Under the pieces are notes generated by a model, which saw only the letters and a list, made by a program, of their open reading frames with translations, was not told the origin of the DNA and made no database searches. The translations under genes were made by a program, and so were the position numbers. Source: an uncultured Candidatus Saccharibacteria bacterium (GTDB lineage Bacteria > Patescibacteriota > Saccharimonadia > Saccharimonadales > UBA4665). Taken from it: a stretch of DNA of 64,000 nt. The stretch is from NCBI GenBank assembly GCA_964554245.1, contig CAZKNP010000002.1, forward strand, positions 9,894 through 73,893, written 5' to 3'. The number at the start of each line of letters is the position of its first letter. Position 1 is the first letter of the stretch. Below are positions 54,145 to 61,766 of this stretch, in pieces.

Positions 54145-54411
54145 ATGAAAAAACAAACAAATAATAAACAAACTTACCACTATCTCCACTTCCCGCCACT
54201 ACATTTTGTAGTTGGATTTTACATCGGGGTGGGGGTAGCACTTTTAACAGCTTTGCATATGAGCGCTGACATGATTCACGCTATCTACGGTAACAACTCT
54301 GTTTTTGCCGACACTAGCAACTCTCATGTCCGCGAAGCCCGTGAATTTGAAACCCATTCCGGTCACGCCCAGATAAGTATGGCCCGCCGGAGTTACATAG
54401 GAGGAGCATAA
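54145..54411 (+). CDS. Hypothetical small membrane protein (88 aa)
   Basis: One TM (HFVVGFYIGVGVALLTAL), behind the consensus promoter. No family recognised. Confidence 0.45.
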   Translation: MKKQTNNKQTYHYLHFPPLHFVVGFYIGVGVALLTALHMSADMIHAIYGNNSVFADTSNSHVREAREFETHSGHAQISMARRSYIGGA

Positions 54412-54413
54412 TT

Positions 54414-55004
54414 ATGAGACGAAAGTACGATCCTAATATCATCAAAGAAGTTGGCTACTCAGAAGACAATACCGGCTTCGGTAGGCTAATCAATACACTC
54501 TTTCCTGGTAAATTTGGGTCAGAGATGCAGCAGCGATGGGATCGTGCGACTCCTGCGGCTCGCCGTGGATTAGTCAAGCTGACTGCCGGAGTGTTGGCTG
54601 GCGTTGGAGCAGCCGTTGGCGTGGGTGCCGTAGCAGAAACTTTCGATGAAATGCGTTTTAGCGACCGCGTTGAGCATGCTGCGACCATGTTCTGTGTTGA
54701 TCCAACCGAACTGGAGGATGTTCCGGAGAATATGCCCTCGGACGGGCGTGGGCTATCAGGCCTTGCTAGCGATGTCCTTACAGAGGTATCTGAATACGGG
54801 CGCGATGTATACAATGTAGACGCTCATCAAAACCCAGCCGTCGTGTTGGAATTCACGGATGTACTTTCTGAAGTTCTGAGGACAAGGGACATACAAGCAG
54901 GCAGGCCACTAAAAGACCTTGGAGAAGTTTGCGTCCAGCAACTGGTTGAGTATGATGGCGACATCAGATATGGATTTGAAGTGTCGGCCACTGCTGAAGG
55001 CTAA
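54414..55004 (+). CDS. Hypothetical membrane-anchored protein (196 aa)
   Basis: Starts 2 nt after the previous gene, with a GGAGGAG SD. One Gly/Ala/Val TM. Acidic C-terminal domain. No family recognised. Confidence 0.5.
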   Translation: MRRKYDPNIIKEVGYSEDNTGFGRLINTLFPGKFGSEMQQRWDRATPAARRGLVKLTAGVLAGVGAAVGVGAVAETFDEMRFSDRVEHAATMFCVDPTELEDVPENMPSDGRGLSGLASDVLTEVSEYGRDVYNVDAHQNPAVVLEFTDVLSEVLRTRDIQAGRPLKDLGEVCVQQLVEYDGDIRYGFEVSATAEG

Positions 55005-55064
55005 TAGTGTGTCGGGCCTGTGGAAAAGTAAGGTTTGACCCTTAGTCGGTACTGTAGCCTGTGG

Positions 55065-55094
55065 AAAAGTGGTGTGAATATCACCACTTTTTTG
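55065..55094 (+). terminator. Rho-independent terminator
   Basis: AAAAGTGGTG/CACCACTTTT stem with a 7-8-nt loop; the T-run runs to ~55093. Confidence 0.8.
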
Positions 55095-55106
55095 CAATAA
55101 TGTGGC

Positions 55107-55148
55107 TTGCAGTGGGTTGGAGTGGGTAGTACACTGGAGCCAGTGGGT
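55107..55148 (+). promoter_or_regulatory. Predicted mraZ promoter overlapped by three AGTGGGT direct repeats (candidate MraZ operator)
   Basis: TTGCAG (55107-55112), 17-nt spacer, TACACT (55130-55135). AGTGGGT repeats at 55111-55117, 55121-55127 and 55142-55148 (offsets 10 and 21 nt). Confidence 0.5.
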
Positions 55149-55226
55149 AATAGTAGGTAACCCATCACAAAAAACGGTTACGTTAAAACAAAAACCCATG
55201 AACATATCAAATTAACAAATAATCCC

Positions 55227-55592
55227 ATGACACAGGTGGACTACTTTCAGCGAAAGCTCGACGATAAACGTCGATTGACCATACCGACGGAACTCCGCGA
55301 AGTTTTTGCCGGTGGTGCTGTTGTCACAAGGGGATTCGGCAAATATCTGCACCTGTACCCAAAGGGTGTCTGGGACAACTTAGTTGAACCAAGGCTCGAG
55401 GGCGACATCTTGGACGAGCGGACGGCTGACCTGAATGTACAGTTTAGGATGGGCAAGACCGAACAGTCGCTGGATGGCAAGCAGGGTAGGATCACCATAG
55501 AGCAGCATTTGTTGGACTATGCGGGGATCACGAAAGAGGTTTCGGCAGTTAGCGTCGGCAAATATTGGCGGATCATGGCAGTCGAGTCTTAA
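55227..55592 (+). CDS. mraZ: Transcriptional regulator MraZ (short, 121 aa)
   Basis: Two SpoVT/AbrB-like halves with LDDKRRLTIP and LDGKQGRITI motifs. First gene of the dcw cluster. Confidence 0.9.
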   Translation: MTQVDYFQRKLDDKRRLTIPTELREVFAGGAVVTRGFGKYLHLYPKGVWDNLVEPRLEGDILDERTADLNVQFRMGKTEQSLDGKQGRITIEQHLLDYAGITKEVSAVSVGKYWRIMAVES

Positions 55593-55626
55593 AAAGCTCG
55601 ATAGGCGGTTCTTTAACAACTAAAGC

Positions 55627-55896
55627 TAGAGGAAATGTAATCGGCAGTCAGCACGTGGATGCACGAAGGGACCACGATAAAATAAACCTTAGTTCATTCC
55701 ATTAAAACACCTCCCAAAACTCCACCTCACATAAGTCTCTCAAAACTTATTGCCCGAGGAGAAGTAGGAAGTTAAGGGTTTTTTTGAAAAATCCATTCGA
55801 CAATGTTTACTTCCGCTCATACGACTCGCTTGGGCACCAACAAAAACAAAAACAACCAAAAAACAAAAAAGTTGGCTGCTGATTACATTTCTTCTA
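55627..55896 (+). ncRNA. Candidate structured RNA element closed by a 26-bp helix (unclassified)
   Basis: 55627-55652 pairs with 55871-55896 in 26 consecutive pairs (22 Watson-Crick plus 4 G-U that are valid only on the + strand). The interior has hairpins, anti-SD-like tracts and an A/C-only tract. No credible ORF. Confidence 0.35.
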
Positions 55897-55989
55897 ACTT
55901 GGATTACCATCATTCCTTATAAGGCAAACACCTTATGAGCGGCGATGGTGTTCCAAAAAAATAAAAACACCAAAACAAAAATAAAAAAT

Positions 55990-56868
55990 ATGAGGATAAA
56001 CGAAATCCACCAGCCGGTACTCTTCGACGAGGTGCTGGCCATGCTTGCACCCAAGGAAGGTGAGTCGTATTTGGACCTAACGGCCGGATATGGCGGACAC
56101 GCTACGGGTGTGATCGAGCATACCAAGGCAGTGGCAGAAGCGGTTTTAGTTGACCGTGACAGCGAAGCTCAACGGGCCCTAGCGCCATTTAGCGATAACG
56201 GAGCTAAGCTACTGCATACGGATTTCTTGTCGGCTAGCCAAGAGCTGGCTGAGCAAGGCGCTCGGTTCGACATGATCCTGGCGGACTTAGGGGTATCTTC
56301 ATTGCACCTTGACAAGGGTGAGCGAGGTTTCTCGTTTACGCACGACGGTCCGCTTGATATGCGAATGGATGATCGTCTGACGCTAGCGGCTGATACGGTG
56401 GTCAACACCTGGTCGGCGCGGGAGTTGACGGACATTTTCCAGCGTTACGGCGAAGTGAGGGGAGCTAGCAAGATTGCTCAGGCGATTATCCACGCTAGAC
56501 CTCACCGCAGCACAGCTGAGCTAGCGGAAGTTGTGAAGCATGCTAGTCCCGCAAAGTACGGTCGGATTCATCCGGCGACAACCGTATTTCAGGCGATTAG
56601 GATTGCAGTAAACGATGAAATTGGGCAGCTGAGGACAGCTTTGCCGATCTGGCTGGAGCTTTTAACTCCGGGCGGACGGTTGGCGGTCATTAGCTTCCAT
56701 AGCCTAGAGGACCGTCTGGTGAAGCAAGCTTTTGCTGACGTGGCGACCAACACACTGGATGCCGAGTTCGCCAGTCTCGCCAAGAAGCCGATTACAGCAT
56801 CGGCCAAGGAATTAGATATTAATCCGCGTTCCAGAAGTGCAAAGCTTCGGGGCGTAGTCAAAAAATAA
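55990..56868 (+). CDS. rsmH: 16S rRNA (cytosine1402-N4)-methyltransferase RsmH
   Basis: HQPVLFDEVL, ADLGVSSLHLD and ISFHSLEDRLVK motifs. Start set to ATG 55990, because the track extension 55945-55989 is an A-rich leader. Confidence 0.93.
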   Translation: MRINEIHQPVLFDEVLAMLAPKEGESYLDLTAGYGGHATGVIEHTKAVAEAVLVDRDSEAQRALAPFSDNGAKLLHTDFLSASQELAEQGARFDMILADLGVSSLHLDKGERGFSFTHDGPLDMRMDDRLTLAADTVVNTWSARELTDIFQRYGEVRGASKIAQAIIHARPHRSTAELAEVVKHASPAKYGRIHPATTVFQAIRIAVNDEIGQLRTALPIWLELLTPGGRLAVISFHSLEDRLVKQAFADVATNTLDAEFASLAKKPITASAKELDINPRSRSAKLRGVVKK

Positions 56869-56891
56869 AAAATAAAGAAAGGGGAAGCGAT

Positions 56892-56951
56892 ATGCCAATC
56901 CGCATTAAGTCAAACTCCCGCGCATACAAAGTACATGTCCGCGTGAGATAA
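56892..56951 (+). CDS. 19-codon basic micro-ORF (MPIRIKSNSRAYKVHVRVR), speculative
   Basis: AAAGGGGAAG SD 7 nt upstream of the ATG. The stop lies 6 nt before a 13-bp perfect terminator hairpin. Confidence 0.25.
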   Translation: MPIRIKSNSRAYKVHVRVR

Positions 56952-56957
56952 CGCGTG

Positions 56958-56993
56958 CTAGGCGACCTCTATGAGAGGTCGCCTAGACTTTTT
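56958..56993 (+). terminator. Strong Rho-independent terminator inside the dcw cluster (between rsmH and ftsL)
   Basis: Perfect 13-bp stem CTAGGCGACCTCT/AGAGGTCGCCTAG, 3-nt loop, followed by ACTTTTT. Confidence 0.8.
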
Positions 56994-57078
56994 AATCTAG
57001 ACCTAATACTTTTTCGGTAATAGGCTTCTATACTAATTGCGATCTTCGAAAAAACAAAAATCAGCGAGAAAGAAAAAC

Positions 57079-57426
57079 ATGACATATTCAAGCACGGTGG
57101 CGATGGGACGACAAAATATCGCCCTGCCACGTGGTCAAAATTCGGTATCGTTCCAGAAGGCTAGCAAGCGACTCGGACCGGTCAGCAACACGATTGTGCT
57201 GGTGGTTCTAGCTTGTTTGATGGGGCTGCTATATTTGACTCAGGTCACCAAAACAAATACTTATGGCTATGCTATTCATGATCTTCAGAAAGAGCAGGCC
57301 ACACTAAAAACAGAGCATGACAATTTGAGTGTTGCTTCTGCTAGGCTTCAGGCTGTCAGTCGAGCCGAGCAAAGTCCAGAAGCCAAAGCGCTCGTAGCTG
57401 TCGCTCCGTCTGGCGTCGTTCGTTAG
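57079..57426 (+). CDS. ftsL: FtsL-like bitopic cell-division protein
   Basis: Position between rsmH and ftsI. Short cytoplasmic tail, one TM (IVLVVLACLMGLLYL), then a coiled coil (LQKEQATLKTEHDNL). Start at ATG 57079. Confidence 0.65.
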   Translation: MTYSSTVAMGRQNIALPRGQNSVSFQKASKRLGPVSNTIVLVVLACLMGLLYLTQVTKTNTYGYAIHDLQKEQATLKTEHDNLSVASARLQAVSRAEQSPEAKALVAVAPSGVVR

Positions 57427-57551
57427 TCATCCCATAGATAACTAATGACGGGCCAGATTTATTAATCGATAGTTCGATACTCTTATCGGGCTGAATTTAA
57501 CGTGTATAAAATTGTCGGTTTGACTTTGGTCACTTTGTATATGGGCCTCCC

Positions 57552-57560
57552 TGGTATAAT
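57552..57560 (+). promoter_or_regulatory. Extended -10 promoter immediately upstream of ftsI
   Basis: TGgTATAAT. ATG 57564 lies 3 nt downstream and ATG 57570 lies 9 nt downstream. No SD. Confidence 0.4.
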
Positions 57561-57563
57561 AAA

Positions 57564-59351
57564 ATGAATATGCTTCAAGAAAATCAAGAAAGTCCGGCCC
57601 GAACGGTTAAGCGTGTACGGTTATGGTATGCGGTCTTGTTGCTGATTTTTGGCATATTTACTATCCGGCTATTTTATCTGCAGATTATTAAGCATGGTGA
57701 TTATGCTCAGCAGGCCAGGCAAGATCAGACGCGTGAATATGAGGTTGATGCCGACAGGGGAACAATTTACGCACAGATGTCGGGCAAGACTGTGCCGCTG
57801 GTGGTGAATCAAAAACTTTTCACGGTGTACGCCGACCCTAGCATCATTAAAAAACCGGAAGAAACCGCTGCTAAACTAGCCAAAGTTCTTAGTGTCAGCG
57901 AGGCAGACATACTGGAGCTTTTAAAGCTAAAAGACCGTCGATATGTAATTTTGGAGAAAAAGGTTGGAGCCGATGTAAGCAAAAGAGTGTTGGGGTTAAA
58001 AATTCCAGGGGTTGGCACGCAGGAGCGCAATTACCGAGCATATCCGCACGGTAGCCTAGCTTCGCAGCTGCTCGGCTTCGTGAATGACGAGGGCAAGGGT
58101 GAATATGGGTTGGAGCAGGCGCTCAACAAGGAGCTGGCAGGCACCAAGGGTCAGCTTAAGGCGGTCACAGACGTACATGGTATTCCGTTGGCGGCTAGCT
58201 CGGGTAATTTGTTGGTATCGCCATCGCCTGGTCGCGATGTAACGTTGACGATTGATATGGGAATGCAACTGCAAGTGGAGCAGATTCTAAAGAAGGCTCA
58301 AGAAGCTAATAAGTCTAAGAAGGTTGGGGCAATTGTGCTTGAAACTGATACCGGCGCAGTCAAGGCGATGGCTAACTATCCGACGTTTGACCCAGCTAAC
58401 TATCAGAAGGTGGAAGATGGTTCGGTCTTTCAGAACGCAACCGTGACCGAGCCGATTGAGCCGGGGTCTATTGTTAAGATACTGAGCGTGGCAGCTGGCT
58501 TAGATTCGGGTGCGATTACTCCGCAGTCTAGTTATCACGACAATGGTAGTTGGTTGATCGATAGTTTTCGCGTAACAAACGTGGCCGAGGCGGGTGGTAA
58601 TGGCACAAAAACTACACTAGATATACTTAATCATTCGTTAAACACCGGTGCGACCTGGGTTCTAATGCGTATGGGCGGCGATGGTAACAAGATCAATGCC
58701 AAGGGCCGCGAGGCGTTATTCGATTACTATACTAACCATTATATGCTTGGCAAGGAAACAGGGATCGAGCAAGGCTATGAAGGCACTGGTTATTTGGTAG
58801 GTCCAAAAGATAAAGACAACGGGATCAACATAACCTACGCCAATATGGCTTTTGGTCAAGGTTTTTCGGCCTCAGCCCTGCAGATGGTGTCGGCAATGGC
58901 CGCAATTGTGAACGGTGGCACGTACTATCAGCCGCATCTAGTAGCTTCAATGACCAATGAAGACGGTTCGGTTAAGAAAAAAGACCCAATTGCCGTTAAG
59001 AAAGATGTTGTTTCGGACAAGACTAGTCAGCAAATGCGTGAACTTTTAATGGGTGTTACCGAAGGCCATAGGCAATTCGCATACATGCGTTTCCCGGATG
59101 GCTATGAAGTTGGAGGCAAAACCGGTACTGCCGAGGTTGTGAAGCCGGGTGGTGGTTACTACGATAATTTATTCTCGGGTACGTTTATGGGTTATGTTGG
59201 TGGCGATAAGCCGCAGTACGCAATAATTGTTTATAACATCGAGCCAACATCTTACCCGGGTCGACACGCCGGAACAGGGGCGGGACAGCCAGTTTTTGCC
59301 GAAATTGCCCACATGCTAATTGATAAATACGGAGTAACTCCCAAGCAATAA
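57564..59351 (+). CDS. ftsI: Class B penicillin-binding protein (FtsI/PBP2-type transpeptidase)
   Basis: N-terminal TM, PBP dimer domain, SxxK (GSIVK), SxN (HSLN) and KTG (GKTGTA). The start may be 57570. Confidence 0.9.
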   Translation: MNMLQENQESPARTVKRVRLWYAVLLLIFGIFTIRLFYLQIIKHGDYAQQARQDQTREYEVDADRGTIYAQMSGKTVPLVVNQKLFTVYADPSIIKKPEETAAKLAKVLSVSEADILELLKLKDRRYVILEKKVGADVSKRVLGLKIPGVGTQERNYRAYPHGSLASQLLGFVNDEGKGEYGLEQALNKELAGTKGQLKAVTDVHGIPLAASSGNLLVSPSPGRDVTLTIDMGMQLQVEQILKKAQEANKSKKVGAIVLETDTGAVKAMANYPTFDPANYQKVEDGSVFQNATVTEPIEPGSIVKILSVAAGLDSGAITPQSSYHDNGSWLIDSFRVTNVAEAGGNGTKTTLDILNHSLNTGATWVLMRMGGDGNKINAKGREALFDYYTNHYMLGKETGIEQGYEGTGYLVGPKDKDNGINITYANMAFGQGFSASALQMVSAMAAIVNGGTYYQPHLVASMTNEDGSVKKKDPIAVKKDVVSDKTSQQMRELLMGVTEGHRQFAYMRFPDGYEVGGKTGTAEVVKPGGGYYDNLFSGTFMGYVGGDKPQYAIIVYNIEPTSYPGRHAGTGAGQPVFAEIAHMLIDKYGVTPKQ

Positions 59352-59414
59352 CTATTTAGCCTTAAGTCGCTAATACGGTGGTATAATAAACAGAGATAAA
59401 CGGATATAACACAA

Positions 59415-60470
59415 ATGATTCCAGATATGATTGTCATCGACCTTCGAACAGATTTGCTCTTTAAGGTGCTGGTTATGGGCCTGGCTGGCTTTTTGTTGGC
59501 TACAATCCTAACACCTATTTACACAACCCTGGCGTACAAATGGCAGCTATGGAAGCGTCCACGCACAGCCACTTTGACCGGAGAGAATGCCACTGTTTTT
59601 ACGAAGCTTCATGCTGCCAAGCATAAGCGTCATATTCCGACGATGGCGGGCGTTATTTTTGTTTTGACAGTGGCAATTTTGACTTTGCTTTTCAACCACG
59701 TTAGGGCGCAAACATGGCTGCCACTTGCAGCTTTTGTGGGGGCGGCGTTGATCGGTCTGGTAGATGACATTGTGAACATTCGGAGTAATGGTCAGGGCAA
59801 GGCTGGCTTACCGGCGCGACTTAAGTTGCTACTTATGACTATTGTGGCGGGCGTGGGCGGTTGGTATTTTTATGCAAAATTGGGCGTCGATAGTGTTTCG
59901 ATACCGGGTATAGTCGACGGTACGATCCCGCTTGGTTGGCTAATAATCCCACTGTTTATTTTGGTGGTCGTGGCAACGGCCAACGCAGTTAACATCAGCG
60001 ACGGCCTTGACGGCTTGGCGGGTGGTTTGACGGCGATTGCTTTTAGCACCTACGCTATAATCGCCACACTCGACGCGCGATATGCGGTAGCAGCGTTTTG
60101 TTTGACAATCGTAGGCGCGCTCCTTAGCTATACTTGGTTTAACATTTTCCCGGCAAGATTCTTTATGGGCGACGTCGGGTCTTTTGCGCTTGGTACAGCA
60201 CTCGGAGTGGTGGCGATGATTACCGATACGGTGTTGTTGCTGCCGATTATCGGTGCGGTTTTTGTGGCGGAAGCCGGCTCGGTTATTCTGCAAGTTGCAT
60301 CAAAGAAGCTCCGCGGCGGCAAGAAGTTGTTTAAGGTTTCGCCGATTCATCATCACTATGAAGCAAGCGGTTGGCCAGAAACCAAGGTGACGATGCGTTT
60401 TTGGGTTATCGGCGCCTGTTGCTCATTCCTAGGCTTGATACTGTTTATTTTTGGAAAGTATGTCGCTTAA
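59415..60470 (+). CDS. mraY: Phospho-N-acetylmuramoyl-pentapeptide transferase
   Basis: NAVNISDGLDGLA, FMGDVGSFALG and SPIHHHYE motifs; 10 TM. Confidence 0.95.
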   Translation: MIPDMIVIDLRTDLLFKVLVMGLAGFLLATILTPIYTTLAYKWQLWKRPRTATLTGENATVFTKLHAAKHKRHIPTMAGVIFVLTVAILTLLFNHVRAQTWLPLAAFVGAALIGLVDDIVNIRSNGQGKAGLPARLKLLLMTIVAGVGGWYFYAKLGVDSVSIPGIVDGTIPLGWLIIPLFILVVVATANAVNISDGLDGLAGGLTAIAFSTYAIIATLDARYAVAAFCLTIVGALLSYTWFNIFPARFFMGDVGSFALGTALGVVAMITDTVLLLPIIGAVFVAEAGSVILQVASKKLRGGKKLFKVSPIHHHYEASGWPETKVTMRFWVIGACCSFLGLILFIFGKYVA

Positions 60471-60485
60471 GAGCGGCATGAAAGG

Positions 60486-61766
60486 GTGGATGTGAGGCAG
60501 AGCACTGTCAGGGGACGAAATACAAGCGCTAGGTCTAGTGGTGTTTCTTCGAGCTCTAGTATACCTGAAGTGCGTAGGCATAAACCTGACTACTGGATAG
60601 TTATTATCACCATCGTTCTGCTCGCAATCGGTCTTATATTGGTTTATTCCATAGGTCCAGCCCTGGCAGCTACGCGGGGCAGCGGAGCGAATAGTTTTGT
60701 CGGTCGGCAATTCCTGGCAATTGTACTTAGTGCTATCGCGTTTATTGTGACTTCCAAAATTCCACTCAAAGTTTGGCGTCAGTGGCAGTGGTTGCTGCTA
60801 GGAGGCGCGCTTCTAGGTACTCTGATCGCTCTGTTAACGCCGGTGGTTCCGGAATATCCAGCCCACCGATGGATTAGGTTTGGTGGATTTTCTATGCAGT
60901 CAGTTGAGGCCTTAAAATTCGCTTTATTGATCGCGGCCAGCGGCTTTTTTGCCGTGCAGGCGAAGCGTGGAGAGATGTCCCACCCGAAAGCGACACTCTA
61001 TCCTCTACTGGGAACACTTGGGGTGCTTGGTGTGGTTGTGGCGGGTATACAAAGTGACCTCGGTTCGATGGCTGTAATTGTGGCTATGTTGGTGATAATG
61101 GCGTACGTGGCCGGATTGCCCTTGAAAAAACTAATGATGATTGGTGGGGTCGTTGCTATCGGCGGTATTTTGTTTATTTCTTCTACTCCATATAGGCGCG
61201 ACCGCGTGGCGAGTTTTATGAATCCATCGGCCCACTGTCAGACGACTGGCTATCAGGCTTGCCAGGCCTTGGTGGCAATCGGTTCAGGAGGAATCGCCGG
61301 CTTGGGAGTGGGCCAAGGTGCCCAAGCTTATGGGTATTTGCCCGAAGCGCAGAATGACTCGATTTTTGCGGTTTATGCCGAAAAATTCGGTTTTATTGGC
61401 GCTGTTTTGATGATTGGGTTATTTGCTGTCTTGTTCGCAAGGCTCCGGAGGGTTATTGAAAGGGTGCCGGATATGTTTAGTCGGCTAGTGGTGGTTGGAG
61501 TGCTAGCTTGGCTAAGTACGCAAACTATCATTAATATCGGTGCTATGATAGGATTGTTGCCGCTTAAAGGTATTACGTTGCCGTTAGTTAGCTACGGTGG
61601 AACTAGTGTGCTTTTTGTCGGTGCGGCACTCGGTTTAGTGTTCCAGATATCGCGCTACACCAATCTTAACCAGCGATTAAGTCAAGCGAAAGGAGTATCC
61701 CGTGAAAATAGTTATGACCGGGGGCGGGTCGGGCGGCCACATAACGCCGATCTTGGCCGTCGCTGA
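60486..61766 (+). CDS. ftsW: SEDS-family peptidoglycan glycosyltransferase FtsW
   Basis: GSGGIAGLGVGQG...YLPEAQNDSIFAV and LPLVSYGGTS motifs; position in the dcw cluster. GTG start uncertain. Confidence 0.9.
   Translation: MDVRQSTVRGRNTSARSSGVSSSSSIPEVRRHKPDYWIVIITIVLLAIGLILVYSIGPALAATRGSGANSFVGRQFLAIVLSAIAFIVTSKIPLKVWRQWQWLLLGGALLGTLIALLTPVVPEYPAHRWIRFGGFSMQSVEALKFALLIAASGFFAVQAKRGEMSHPKATLYPLLGTLGVLGVVVAGIQSDLGSMAVIVAMLVIMAYVAGLPLKKLMMIGGVVAIGGILFISSTPYRRDRVASFMNPSAHCQTTGYQACQALVAIGSGGIAGLGVGQGAQAYGYLPEAQNDSIFAVYAEKFGFIGAVLMIGLFAVLFARLRRVIERVPDMFSRLVVVGVLAWLSTQTIINIGAMIGLLPLKGITLPLVSYGGTSVLFVGAALGLVFQISRYTNLNQRLSQAKGVSRENSYDRGRVGRPHNADLGRR

Noticed and set aside
55627-55896. The 26-bp inverted repeat read as a retron msr/msd, or as the terminal inverted repeats of a MITE or IS.
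   Set aside because: No reverse transcriptase or transposase is present anywhere in the window. All four mismatches are G-U only on the + strand, which fits RNA-level selection better than DNA TIRs. The flanking TA dinucleotides (55627-55628 and 55895-55896) could also be read as a TA target duplication, so the MITE option is kept as the stated refutation test rather than being fully excluded.
342-57078. Longest-ORF N-terminal extensions in the track: 342-407, 23519-23572, 24513-24554, 30548-30613, 34180-34206, 34189-34203(-), 41964-42083(-), 55945-55989 and 57037-57078.
   Set aside because: Each extension starts at a non-ATG or poorly placed codon and covers promoter elements, terminators or A-rich leaders. 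Each also adds residues absent from the conserved family N-termini, for example MILLDRVTKKYG for FtsE, MRINEIHQPVL for RsmH and MKVAIQG for PheA.
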